Positions 40,501 to 51,974 of a stretch of 64,000 bases of DNA are shown piece by piece. Both the position numbers and the translations under genes were made by a program. This stretch comes from Phoronis australis (Eukaryota > Animalia > Phoronida). The stretch is from NCBI GenBank assembly GCA_002633005.1, contig NMRA01000163.1, positions 581,614 through 645,613 on the forward strand, given 5' to 3'. Each line of letters opens with the position of its first letter. Within the stretch, counting starts at the first letter, position 1. The notes beneath the pieces are model-generated. The model worked only from the letters and a program-made list of their open reading frames with translations, ran no database searches and had not been told where the DNA came from.

Positions 40501-41559
40501 CCTTCATTTCCAAGCCGCATTATACCCGTCAAACAACACGTGGTCAGGTAAAACGTACTGTCTGTTTGTCGACTTTAGGCAAGTAGGCGGAGCTTGCGAT
40601 AGGTCAATTACGAAAGGAACAGTGTCGTGTGCGAAAATAAAGGCAACTCTAGAGAAGAAATAGTATTGGGTGACATCATGAGAACGTTGCAACAAAAGTT
40701 TGTGGTATTGCGTTACAGTGAGGAGAATATAACAACTAGGAATATTGCATGAGTCACTGTTAATGAGATATTTTAGCTACGCTCTTCCAAAAATAGTTGC
40801 TAAACGTCGGTTTTGTTAAGGAAGAGAATCGTTTGTTTGATCTTACAGTGTACCTTTGTAGGGTCCCGTCGGTGACCAAATGGTTTCTATGGCATTGGCA
40901 ACACCCGACAACTTTGTACTAAAACCACAGCGGGAAGGAGGGGGAAATAACCTGCATGGTCAAGACATGGTGCCCCTGCTGAAAGAAATTCAGCATTCAG
41001 AAGAAAGGAATGCTTATGTATTAATGGAGTTGATTAAACCATGGGTAGTCAGGAATGTTTTCATTATGCCTGGATTGCCGGTAACTTCTGGTGACGTAAC
41101 AGGAGAATTAGGCGTATTTGGTGTTCTACTAGCGTAAGTTTCGAGCTCAGTTTTCTTACATAGCTTGCCACGTACACTGCACTTTACTGTGGATGACCAA
41201 TTATGGAAATCTAATGTCTTTGTATCAGCAAAATCACCGCGGTAATTCCCGTGGTCTTTACGGCGAGGTTACCCTTCTGTAGTGAATGTCTTTCGTTAGC
41301 TGTAATTCTTTTGAACTTTCTGTTTGTAAAGTAACCTTTGTAAAACCTGCTGTAGATGTCGAACCGGCAAATCAAAGCCATGCGTTATTGTCTTTTTATA
41401 ACTCCACAAGGCTCTCGAATCTACCTTTTCAGGTATGAGGACGAAGTAATTGAGAACAGGTTTGTTGGGACTTTGTTGAGAACAAAGTTCTCAGATGTGA
41501 AAGAGAGTCGTGTTTTAATTCGAGCTGCTTGCGTCGATTCTCCTTTGCTGGTAGACTAG
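25464..41559 (+). CDS. GSS: Glutathione synthetase-like copy B, complete spliced gene, 481 aa: join(25464..25551,28150..28336,30410..30485,31201..31340,31910..31964,33501..33574,34130..34294,37103..37172,39385..39576,40862..41133,41433..41559)
   Basis: 11 GT-AG exons total 1446 nt and are open from ATG (MSAMSWMENLSEQQIEE...) to TAG. Motifs: DWAFLHG, FPSP, LFRNDFM, KQVEFN, RNIFDQR, YFRSGY, LAGAKKVQQEL, KPQREGGGNN, ELGVFG, LLRTK, DSP. Substrate loops are divergent. The start could be any of three close in-frame ATGs. Confidence 0.95.
28150..28336 (+). CDS. GSS: GSS-like copy B exon 2 (ITVRTPEAPEISNKAMHVSMTMFPSPVKRQFYNEALALQSEFNLLMFRVACDHDFLEHCLK)
   Basis: ctgttacag|GG...AG|gtaatg; T.FPSP...Q..FN.L...V..D..FL motif. 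Confidence 0.93.
30410..30485 (+). CDS. GSS: GSS-like copy B exon 3 (VIKVDSYTRGLWDIYQSVRKEGVTQ)
   Basis: tgtttacag|T...CAG|gtagtc; aligns with GSS ..K.D.FT..L.DI...V.KEG..Q. Confidence 0.92.
31201..31340 (+). CDS. GSS: GSS-like copy B exon 4 (PYALCLFRNDFMVHCPNEDEMCLKQVEFNVIASSLASLAQEVSGYH)
   Basis: ttacttccag|CCC...AG|gtttgt; R.D.M and KQ.E.N motifs. Confidence 0.93.
31910..31964 (+). CDS. GSS: GSS-like copy B exon 5 (FLMSSYLGVFGEDTLNSR)
   Basis: ttttacag|A...CGG|gtatgt. Confidence 0.9.
33501..33574 (+). CDS. GSS: GSS-like copy B exon 6 (LPQNDPNEGMAKGLVKAWQLFGQE)
   Basis: tttcttag|CTT...AG|gtacat. Confidence 0.92.
34130..34294 (+). CDS. GSS: GSS-like copy B exon 7 (AVILLVCSQEIRNIFDQRQLEIAII...KDLV)
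   Basis: ttttttcag|T...AT|gtaagt. Confidence 0.93.
37103..37172 (+). CDS. GSS: GSS-like copy B exon 8 (DDNTVAVTYFRSGYTHRAYPSEK)
   Basis: gattttcag|A...AAG|gttagt. Confidence 0.93.
39385..39576 (+). CDS. GSS: GSS-like copy B exon 9 (EWAARLLIERSSCIKCP...FSLET)
   Basis: tttattgtag|GAG...ACT|gtacgt. Confidence 0.95.
40862..41133 (+). CDS. GSS: GSS-like copy B exon 10 (GPVGDQ...VLKPQREGGGNNLHG...ELGVFGVLL)
   Basis: cctttgtag|GGT...GC|gtaagt. Confidence 0.95.
41433..41559 (+). CDS. GSS: GSS-like copy B terminal coding exon 11 (YEDEVIENRFVGTLLRTKFSDVKESRVLIRAACVDSPLLVD*)
   Basis: ccttttcag|G...TAG; same length as copy A exon 11. Confidence 0.95.
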
Positions 41560-43279
41560 CCAGGTAAGTTATTTTTGGCATTCGATGCCAAAAAGTGTGT
41601 GTTCATTCCAATTGTAAAAAGCCGAATATTTTCTAAAATATCGGCGTTTCTTTGCCATAGGGCTAATGTGTATTTTCTAAAAGTTTTTATTCAATAACAA
41701 ATAGAAGCTTCCACGAAAATGGAGAATATCATGTTTACGTGAGGTGTCCATACATTTACTCTTGACTATTTCAAGTTATCCCCCCTATTTGACTTCATAC
41801 GTTCAAGAGTTATGTGGTCGATTCTTTCAGCCTTATTATCAGATGTGATCTTTGCACGTGCATGGTTATCATAAAGGCACTTCATGGTGGAAATGACCCG
41901 CTTTTAAAAATGTCACAAGTTAGGAAAGTTTTCAAGAGCAAATTATTTCGTAATCAACGTAAAACTAGTCCACGAATTCACCATTCTTTGCACCTGCAGT
42001 AGTGTCCTGCGTTTAAGACACAATGCATACAACTGCTTACTGAGTCACAATCCAATTAAGCAGCAAATAAATTTTCGGAAAAACGTTTTTCCGTATTTCC
42101 TTCTTCCTGGAATGTTGCTGTTGCCTTTAAAGTTCTACGTGTGACCAGCACCTATCAAATCATGAATGGTATGGCGCAATAGTTCTACAACTTGTCAACC
42201 ATAACTTCTGAAATTCCAGTTAAAGCGAAGGGGTTTATTTCAACAAGATGAGTTACTGGCCTGTGTTTCTATTGCAGGTTGTGTTCTAGTGGTATCCAAC
42301 AAATGCATTTAGGTCACGGCTACCATATAGGCTACCGTTGTGAAGTTCCAAAAGCGCAATGTCAATATGGCGAGAGTCCTTTGCAAATACATGTATAGTT
42401 ACGCCAACAGACTCTCTACTATTTTTTTTTTGGTCATATTTCACTGCACCATGTAAAGCTGCATTATCAAGACGGGGGTCATGAGGAAGCAAACAAATTA
42501 CTGCGCGCAGCAGTATGTCCTTGATACCAAGCCTTTCAACCCATTTATGGATTAAACCAGCCCATCGCACGGGTGGCTGAGCGATTCAAACATTAGTTGG
42601 TTCGCATTTTATCATTATACTGTGTTAGGCGGCAACGAACCAGGTGCGCCGGTAGAAAAGCTACACCAACGCAATTTGACTGCATTTGACAGTTATTTAG
42701 TGTCCCCGTTACCGTATCGATTCATAGTTCCACATTCATATGTTAATTATTAGATACTGCTCAAGAAAATGAAATAAAAATTGTGAAACGTATTGAATAT
42801 TATAACTAATGTACTTTGGTTGACCTACTAAGGCAATGTGTACTTCTATCAGCCGAGCCACAGTCACATTTCAGTCTTCAGTCTTTTGTTCTCTATCGTT
42901 GGTCTGCATTGCAAGTACTTCAAGGCATTTATTCACACCCCAAGATGGTGGGCTATCGTAATGTTTACACGTTCCCGCGACTTGATTGGTTGATCGACAT
43001 GTGGGAACTGCCCAGTTTTCTCACTGGTCCTCGCCGACCGACTGGACCTACATGTATAGCCACACCAGTGTTACCTAGCAGGCTCAGCCGTACATTCTAT
43101 TAGTATAAAGTAGCCAAATACATGTATCTACAAAACTACAGAAATTAACTTTGTAAATGAATATGTTTTCTGATAGCTGAAAACTTTGATTTTTGATTTT
43201 GTACCGAACTGTCATTAGTTGGGTCACGTGACTATGTCTCGTTTGTAAAATTTAGTCAGAAAGAAAGGTACTAGATACA

Positions 43280-44394
43280 TATAACCCCATGGGCGTGTAT
43301 TCGGAAAATGAAAATTTTCAGGCGTTCCAGTAACACCAAATAAACGTCCGGGCGTTTATTCGGAAAAGGGGGCGTGTAAACGGAAAGTCATAGCCTCGAA
43401 TAGTATGGAATGAATATCAGCGATTTTTGCATAAAACTGTGCTTTTTAAATTTAAGTTAATAAATACATAGTTCGCCAACATTTTGTTCGTTTTGATCGT
43501 AATCTATTTTGCCCGGGGTACGCCACGAGCTATGTTGAAGAGTAAAACAAGATGAGGATTGCGAAAAACGTCATTTATTATGACGTACGTAGCAGAACTT
43601 AAGAGGACTCTGTAAGGTGGGCACCAAAAAAACGTCACCGGCGTGTACAATGAATTGCCCTAATGACGGAACCAAAAACAAAAGACTTGGGAGTTGCCTG
43701 AAGGGCCTAAAGAAAATGTAGAAAGAAAAGACTATAAACTAACAAAAAAATTGAAAAAGGCATAACAGGTAATGTATAATGAGAATTTTTTTTGAACAAA
43801 CACCCGGGATGGAAGGTGGGAAAAATGCAGAGTAAAAACTTAGCTCTTGTAGAAAACGAGGTAGGTGCCGGGCTGAATGAGCTAGACCACGTTTAACTGA
43901 ATAAAGGAAATATGAGCGACCATTTATAAATTATAAATGCTCCACAACATAACGCTAAATCGTCGTGAGAGACCGTCCGGAGTTTGTACATTGTATACGA
44001 TGCAACTCCGGGCGGTCTGGGGTCAACAGAAAACCACAGTTCAACTGTGAGTCTACACCAATGTGACAAACGAGAGTAGTTCTACTTGCTATGTCAGCTG
44101 CGGGTATGCTTATCTCCTTTATGACACACAATGTGTGACTGGGCAAAGCGTTTTCAAAATAATGTGGATAAATCAGCGGGGTGTGAGACCCTAAAGTCCC
44201 TGTGAAGTCGTCACGACATTTCTACGTTATGAAAACTGATTTTGTGGCTAAAAGTTGACGTTGAGTGGAATTTTTAAGAGGAAATTTTCCAAATAAACGC
44301 CTCACTATCTGGACACTTGATACCAGAAGTTGTAATACCAAATAAGCGCCCATGGGCGTTTCATCGGGGGGCTTATCATCGGAAAATCTCGGTA
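43280..44394. mobile_element. Non-autonomous Tc1/pogo-like DNA transposon relic
   Basis: Repeated gggcgt.tattcggaaaa / aaataa.cgccc subterminal motifs at both ends; right end ...cggaaaatctcggta. No transposase is visible. Confidence 0.45.
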
Positions 44395-47300
44395 GCTAAA
44401 GAACAATATCAATAGATCAAATTTTATTTGATATAAATGTTCAAGACGAAGTTTAAAAAATGCCGTATTTTGCGGTTTTCTAAAATGACAACCCGTTAAG
44501 TCAGATTGAGTAATGCTTTGACCATAATGAAGAAAAAAAAACTACTATCCCAGTAATCATATATGTAAACTTTCAGCTAGTAAGCCAGCCAGTGCTATCG
44601 AGTTAGAATGTAAGCTTCCTTGAGGATAGGTTCTGTATGTTACCTCGCCGCCACGAAACGTACATGGACATGCTGACCTCTCAACCGTGATGTTTTCACT
44701 TACTGAGCAAAGTTATTTTGTCGAAAACAAACCTGGTCAACAAGAGGTGTAGTCACTGTTGTGAGCCGAAAGTGCACTCTTAATATGCTGATAAGAAAAA
44801 AATTGAAAGAGTTAATCCACTGGATAGGTCTTGTCGTTTGTTGCACAGCCATCTGTATGGTATCATTCATTCACAATAGAACCTCTGGAGTTTGCTTCAA
44901 CATGCAACTGTCCACAATTGATTAATTTTCGCCAGTCATGTTCAAGGAAATTGGAGTGTTTAACAAGGGATTTTCATTGATGCACCCAATGACTCTTCTC
45001 GTGCATTCTCAAATTGGCTATTTGTTACGTTTTTTCTCGTTTCCTCACTTGAAATTTTTCCTTTGTTTCTAACAAATGGAGAGATCTTCAATTGTGCACC
45101 CTTTTCACTGAGTTTATCAGCCATCACACTGCTCCTCTTGTTTCTGGTAAGTCAACAAATCCACTCAGTTTGGTAATGGCGCTACATCTGACATTGAGCC
45201 AGTTTAGGCCTACAGTGACGATACAAATATCAATGCGCTGGGCTTTCATAAAAGTTGTGAATAACATTGTGAGTTTGTCACCAGTGAGCTTGGCTGTAGA
45301 TAAGCCCAGGTCAATTTATTTCTACTTACTGTTGCAACTGAGCAATGGAAATGTACTGACAGCAACCCAATTCTAAGGCGACACCGAAACAAAAAGGTCA
45401 TCAAGGGGACTAATCGACCCGAGGACGGCAAGTGGTTATATACTAGTCATACATGATATCAGGAAAAGATAACCATCCTGGTTACACCAGTTGAAGTACT
45501 GTTTGCGTCATGACTACTTGTTTTGGCTGTGAAACGATGAGAGAGCAGTTTTTTGTGATAAGCAAATCTATAAGACGGTCTTCAGTCCAGCCTGACAACT
45601 CCAGCAGTCTCTGAAGTCACGGTTTTTGAGAAATTTGTGAAACATCCAAGGTTTGTCATTTTTTTCAAATTCCAGGGAATGTTTAAATGTAACGTTTTAC
45701 TTTGGGGAAATTCAAAGTACCATTAGGCAATGATGTGCTTGGAAGCTATTCAAGCATCACGGGCTCTGGTGATACATTGGAGTCGACCAGAGCTAATATC
45801 GAGATTTACTTGCACAGTTGGGCCATTGTACCAACGAATCTTCACCAGCCACTGTCTTATTAGTTCTTTCTCACTATGAAATCGATGAAGTGACTAATAA
45901 TTATACGTTTTTCTTATTTGTTTTTTATGCCGTAAGGGACACATCAGAGTGCCATTGTTTATGTAGAGATTCACTGTCAACAGACAGCTTCCTGTAGACT
46001 AGCTTTGTTCTGGGATATATGAATGTGAGTCGTGCATTAATTTTGAGAAAGGCCTATTGTGACTAAGACCAAAGTATCAGTGGCTGATTTTGACCTTATC
46101 ACTGCCTTGGGTAAATTAATGCACTTGTTTGCACAGCTGTCTCGCACACCTGAAAAAAGAAAGTAAGTACACTCTATGGCGTTCCTCAAAAATGAAGAAA
46201 TTCAAAAAATCCGTGTCTTTTTATTTTGCTACATCCACCGTGAAAATAATTTGAGATGCCAAAAATGACTAAAAGCCGTTGAGATTTTTGCCATTTACCT
46301 AAAATCACAAATTCACGACTGCTCCGGTGCAAGAAAGGAGACCATCACCCGAATGCTCTTTCACTCTAGATTCTATAAATTCAGGTTAAAATAAGTCATA
46401 ACCAACCAGATTTTTTACAATTTCCGCTTGTCTGAACGGAACCTAGATTCGCGCCAAGAATTCAAGACTCAACAAGGTTGTGCTCTCAAAATGACTGCAC
46501 TTCCATATCCTAGTAGACACGAGCAGAGATCAAATTCTGTACTCAATTTACTCAAAACAACTTCAAGAAACTACTGAAGACCATTTGTGGCAATCACTTC
46601 CCAGTTGGTCCACAAAACTGACCGCAAACCCGACCCACCCCATTTTATTTTCTGTTTAAGACTTGAGTATATACAGTGAATGTTTGCGCTCGTATTAAGA
46701 AAACCCGGAACTGCTGATAGTATTTATTGGTGCCGACGTTAACAAATTAACTAGTGGACGTGTGACTGTCGCAAGTAAGGTGTGTGAAACTCCCAGATAT
46801 ATGTACATGTAGGCGTGATTTAACTTGTTCCGGAAGTCCCTGATGGGCGACCACATTGGATAGCAGTTGTACACCTATCTTTTTTAAATTAATATAGTAA
46901 AACGCCGTCCCATCAACTGGAACGTGTTACGACACGTCTGGTTAATAACACCGAGTATGTTATTTTTTATATTACATGGGCGAATCACGAAATAGTGCAA
47001 AGTGGAAATCTACACGCCTTACATTTTATTGTCTACAAAACACTAAATAAACACCAACAACTAGTCTCAGCACCGCAATATTTCCAGTATTTGACCTCCA
47101 CCTCAAACATTCGGCACATCCAAAGCGGCAGCATCATGTTCGTACTTCTAGTCGGAAGGACATGCAAACAACTTCTTAAAGGGACCCATCTTCGGTGGCG
47201 AATTCCATATCCACGTTCATTCAAACGGCGACTAAACCCAACTCAAGAAACCACAGTGCTCACGTGCGGGGAAGTCCTGCTAACTGTGTTATTTATAAAC

Positions 47301-47490
47301 ACTTGTTAAGTTGTAATGTTAAAACTTCAAAGAGTACTGACGTATTAGACTCTAACTTGAACGTACGTTTGTTACGAAATATAAAAGCAATTTACAATTG
47401 TTTTCACAAAAGTTGCGTCATGTGGTTGAAGTTTCACACACGTCGAGTTTTTTGGCAAAAAGATCGTTTTTACGGCTCATGTGAGAAAAA

Positions 47491-47619
47491 AATCCTACAC
47501 AAGTCTCAGATTTATGACATGGGCAAAACCTCTTGAAAATTTAGTCAAAACTCCGTGGCTTTCCGAGGGATTTCCAAGAGGTTTTCCCCATGTCATAAGC
47601 CTGGGACTCGTGTAGGATT
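47491..47619. repeat. ~50-bp-arm inverted repeat (palindromic MITE core); one arm recurs at ~56840-56900
   Basis: aatcctacacaagtctcagatttatgacatgggcaaaacctcttgaaaat versus the reverse complement of atttccaagaggttttccccatgtcataagcctgggactcgtgtaggatt. Confidence 0.7.
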
Positions 47620-47671
47620 CTCTATACCGGTATCCGAATAATACACGAATCATTCAGGGCATTATTTGTAT

Positions 47672-47799
47672 GGGCGGATACAGGATTTTGAGTGGGGGGC
47701 AGGATTTTGCCTGTCAGACATACGCACCCCCGTAATCTGGAAGAATTTTAGGAGGGAGCATGGCTCCTTGCTCCCCCCACCCCTCTAAATCCGCCACTG
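47672..47799 (-). mobile_element. CAGTGGCGGA-type MITE, reverse orientation
   Basis: gggcggatacaggattttgagt ... cccctctaaatccgccactg; same ends as 23089-23252. Confidence 0.65.
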
Positions 47800-49648
47800 T
47801 TTTCATTCAATTTTTAGACAATTTCAAAGCATGTAACCCAATAAAATGGGACTTAATTTTTCAAACATTTAATGCTGTCAAATTTGGACTGGTTTTTACA
47901 AAATGGGTACAGGTAATTTATACTCAACCAACAGAGAGTTGACAACAATGGCTTCACTACAGATTATGTTCCCATAGAACGGGGCATGAGACAGGGGGAT
48001 TCCTTGTCAGGTAGATTATTTTGCCTAGCTGTTGAAGTCATGGCGAATTATGTATAACAGTTTAATAAAAGATATAAATGTTTGAAATCTGAACTTAAAA
48101 TCCTCTAAAATGCAAATGATATTACCTCATTTCAACATGATAAATATTATATTATAAGTTGTCTAAAACTTTAAAAACAGACTGTGTTATTGTCTGGCTA
48201 ATTGCTAAATATCCAAAAGAGTGAAATGTAATACCCAGGTCGAGAGAAGGAATGCCCTGGCCCATTTCACGTCTTCAGGTGGACCGGCAAACCAATCAAG
48301 AGCTTGGAAATACAAGAAAATGATTTCTTAAACTTTAAAAAGTTTCTTCTCAACGTCTGTCGGGAAAAGATGCAATGTTTCTTTGCTACGCAGAATTGAT
48401 GTAGTCAAAACTTTTGTGTATTCTAAGATAATCTAAGAAATGAGTATGTGGATAGGGCTAAGGGAACGAAAGTAAAATACTACAATAATATTTTTGTTTG
48501 GCAAGACAAACCACCCAGAATGAAAAATACAGTGGCTGTAAATTCCAATTTGGTGGTTTATAAATTCCTGATGTAAAGGTTATGTACAAATCACTAGCAT
48601 AGTGAGTTTACCACTGCTTGGATAGTTACAATGAAATTTTAAAAGTCTTTCGAAAGTTGTTGTCTATTGAAACTCTTGATGTTTCTACCATGACATATCC
48701 ACTGCGTGGGAAAATTATTGACTGCTAACATAGGTACATAATAATCGAAAGTCAAACAGCGTGCAACAACAAAAACATTCTGATTGATGGGAGGACTGTA
48801 TTCTTCAACAGTTTTTATGAGGCAGGCATCATTTGCGTAAAAAGTCTTTTGGATTTTGAAAACAAATTTCTGACCATCGACGTCACTGCGGAAAGAAAGA
48901 TGTAAGTTATAGAACTAGTCTGGTAATGCCGCTTTGAGGCGTATAATTAAGGTGAAAGTTGAGCCTTCCAAGAATCAAACTGCATAAACTTTTTCCAGTT
49001 AAATAAAATAACTACTCTGTTTTTTAGAAACACTTTGCTTTCCAAAATACAGCTTGATTGATATTTACCCTAGACAACGTTCTTCCACACAAACTCGCTC
49101 CTTCCTCATGGTAAAACTTTCAAATATCAATACAGACATAGAAAGGTTTATACAAAAAAGTGTTTTGAAAAGATGCCAACGGTTAGTGAGGACAAATGTG
49201 CATCTTGTGGAACTGTTGTAACATTTATCATATTTTTGTGGAATGTGACTTCGTGAGAATTTTGTGGTACTACGGATTCAGAAACTGTTAGTTTTCTTAA
49301 CTGTACAACATGATTTAACCTTAAATGAAAATGTAATTTTGAGGCTACTAATTTCATATTAAGTAGTGGTCAATATTGTATTTATAAATGCTCCAGTGAC
49401 CAGACGATCCTTAGTCATAAACAATTTAAATACTTTCTGTATAATTACTGTATGGTATAACTATACAACCCCTTGAAACTGTTTTATTTTTGGAAACTCT
49501 TAATTACTACGCATCTGCAACTATAAGATAGATGAAATGTGTTTGTGCATGCGCAGATGCGTGTATGTATACGTGATGTTTTGTCTAAGCATATATTTTC
49601 CTTGGTGTACGTGTTATTATTTTGAAAAAAAAACTTATTTAAAAAAAT
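47800..49648 (+). mobile_element. Degenerate 5'-truncated L1/Tx1-clade non-LTR retrotransposon (RT and C-terminal Zn-finger relic)
   Basis: Interrupted translation FLDNFKACNPIKWDLIFQTF...FGLVFTKWVQVIY...NNGFTTDYVPIERGMRQGDSLSGRLFCLAVEVMAN matches the LDxxKAFD..W / RGxRQGDPLS RT motifs. A YADD-like ANDIT, then DKCASCG...HIFVEC, and an A-rich end. Many stops and frameshifts. Confidence 0.85.
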
Positions 49649-49871
49649 CTTACGATCAAATGTTATTTAGTAAATTGATTTTGGAGGGACGCAAATTGAT
49701 GTACTGCATTTTATTGTGCAGTGTGGAACCACACGTCCTAGGCGGTCATTACAGTTCCCACATTTGGCCGGGAGCCAAGCCTGTGCGACATATAGGTCCA
49801 ATTCACGCCGACAGGAGGCGCGTTCCAAAACGAGGCTCGCTACGATAGCTCTGTTGGCTTATTATATCGTC

Positions 49872-50016
49872 ATACCGGGTAGTTGTATTCCGTTTTGCTC
49901 GAACAGCGATAGAAAATATACGGACATTCAATTGTCTTTTTGTGCAATCCCTAAGGACGTTTCGGAAGCGTTTGGTCGTTGCCATACGCCGCGACGAAGG
50001 ATATATTTCCGTGTAA
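49872..50016 (+). pseudogene. THAP zinc-finger domain relic, probably transposon-derived
   Basis: (ATA)IPGSCIPFCSNSDRKYTDIQLSFCAIPKD, then after a frameshift RKRLVVAIRRDEG, matches the THAP pattern MP..C....C.N.......SF..FP.D...R..W..AIRR. Confidence 0.65.
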
Positions 50017-51797
50017 AATTTATAAATGTTTCGAAAAGTTTGATCATATTTTGTCTCATCTCGGGTTCCGAGCATCATAGCAACGACCGGTGAATCTTCG
50101 GCCAACCAGGCTGTGCTTTCATGACTACGGGCTGAAACATGACGCATTTTTCTTTCCAAATGGACAGGGCTCTCAATCCCTCAATTTTGGGAGCTGAATA
50201 TCGGCTCTATTCCCATATCAAAAATATTGAAGAAAAATCTCGCGAAATTCCACCAACGAGGCCTAAAACTTCCCCTAGTGATTGAAAATTTCCCTCCGAA
50301 GTTCAAATTACCTGTAACCACACAGGTGACAATTTGAAGGAGCACAAATTGCTACCTAAGATAGAGCTTGTAAGAGCTTGCAACAGGGCGGGGGGTGCTA
50401 ATGATGGTGATCAGGAGGTAGATTTCTCCCCTCACTCGGCGAAACTTGAAAATTCCGGCCCTAGTCAGGCACAGGCACCTTTCCTCTCGGACGAATGAGG
50501 ACTCTGAAGAAACATTATAACGTTGCTTGCTCAGTCCAGATAACTGAAATTGAGCTCTAAAACGAGGTTACGCTTTGGAAGGGCGAATTAGGTGCTTTAA
50601 TTTTTAAAATTCAACTTTGTCCAGATTGATATTTGAAGCCTAACACATGATATAGATGTAAAAATTATTTAAAACAAGAAAGCAGAATTGATGGTCAAAT
50701 AATTTTTATTTTCAATTATGAACCTGTTTTTTATTTTAATAAAAATATATTTAATAACATCAATTATTCTTGCAGATCAATGACAAATCAACTGTTAGTC
50801 CCGGTAGTCCCAACATCACTACCAGGACCTACATGTATAGGCTATGCATGATGTTAATATTCTTTATCAACAAATAAAACCAGATGTGATTTGCACATGA
50901 CAGCAAAATGTGATGAGCCACCACTGTCGAATATATCTTCAACTCGTCAAACATACGAGCAAATGACCTGTTCGTTTAGAAAGCATTTTTATCAACAATT
51001 TACAAGAAGAAACGGCATAATACCTAATCCGTAACACGATTGCTGCAATTTGGTCATAGTTTCATGTTTCGAACCTAGTTTTACGAAAAAACTTATACCC
51101 TTTCGTCAGACAACTCTTTGGTGCATTGACTTGTTCTCTGATGTATTTTTCAACGTCTCTGTGGTTAATTATTGACACATTTTTAAGATTTTACCAGCCC
51201 ATAGACATCTTAATAGTGATGTATATCGATATGGACCAGCCATTTAACTCACGCAAAGTCAACTTTCGCTTTGTTTATCGCAGTGAGCCTCGCTTTGGAT
51301 TTTAATGTCTGCCGCTTGAATTAGGTCTATGGCTACGCCAGTGGATGTATTGCTATTTTAATCTACCTACCATCACAAGTCAAACTGTATGTTACTGTAT
51401 CATGAAACACCTCGAGAAGCATACCGTTTGCGACGCAATGTCAATTACGTTTTGTTGTTGTTACCCATTGCCATAACATTGGTTATGTAACGTTATCGTA
51501 TCGTACCTAACCCCTTTCAGTTTCATTTTTGAATACGCAACAGGTACGGTTCTCCCACCCAATAAGAATTATGACGAACGGGTAATTCCATAAGCTAAGC
51601 GAGTCGCGGTTTTTAGTCAAATGATTTTCGTCAGTTCTCGCACTGAAAGCGCATGGCTTGAGTTATCGCCGTCCATCCATGTTTTTCCAGTGGACCATCG
51701 TGTCAAACGCACAACCCAATTACCCTCCAGGCTACTGTATGTGCAAGTTACATAACTGGCTATAAACTTATTATAATGTTCTCATGGACTACGCTGA

Positions 51798-51974
51798 ATG
51801 ACCTCATTGATTCTGAGAACCAATGAGTTATATCTGGGAGAACTGACCACACAGTACGCGTGCCTCGTTCTGTTGCTCTACTTGGACGCCTTTACTGCCG
51901 CCACGAGTCAGACACGGGTCGTCACTGTGGAACCGCATTACCCTGAACTGCTCTTGCCACCAATCTCCTTGCAG
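51798..51974 (+). other. Possible isolated exon, unknown product
   Basis: Locally GC-richer ORF with a hydrophobic segment (ACLVLLLYLDAFTAA) ending at a consensus donor CAG|GTAAGC. No family was recognised and no partner exons were found. Confidence 0.2.

Noticed and set aside
25464-41559. Copy B as a pseudogene or allelic haplotig of copy A
   Set aside because: The ORF and all 20 splice sites are intact, exon 9 changes are almost all synonymous, and the introns are too divergent for alleles.
42286-42570. 94-aa minus-strand ORF as a gene
   Set aside because: Non-ATG start, no recognisable motif and no supporting splice structure; consistent with a chance ORF.
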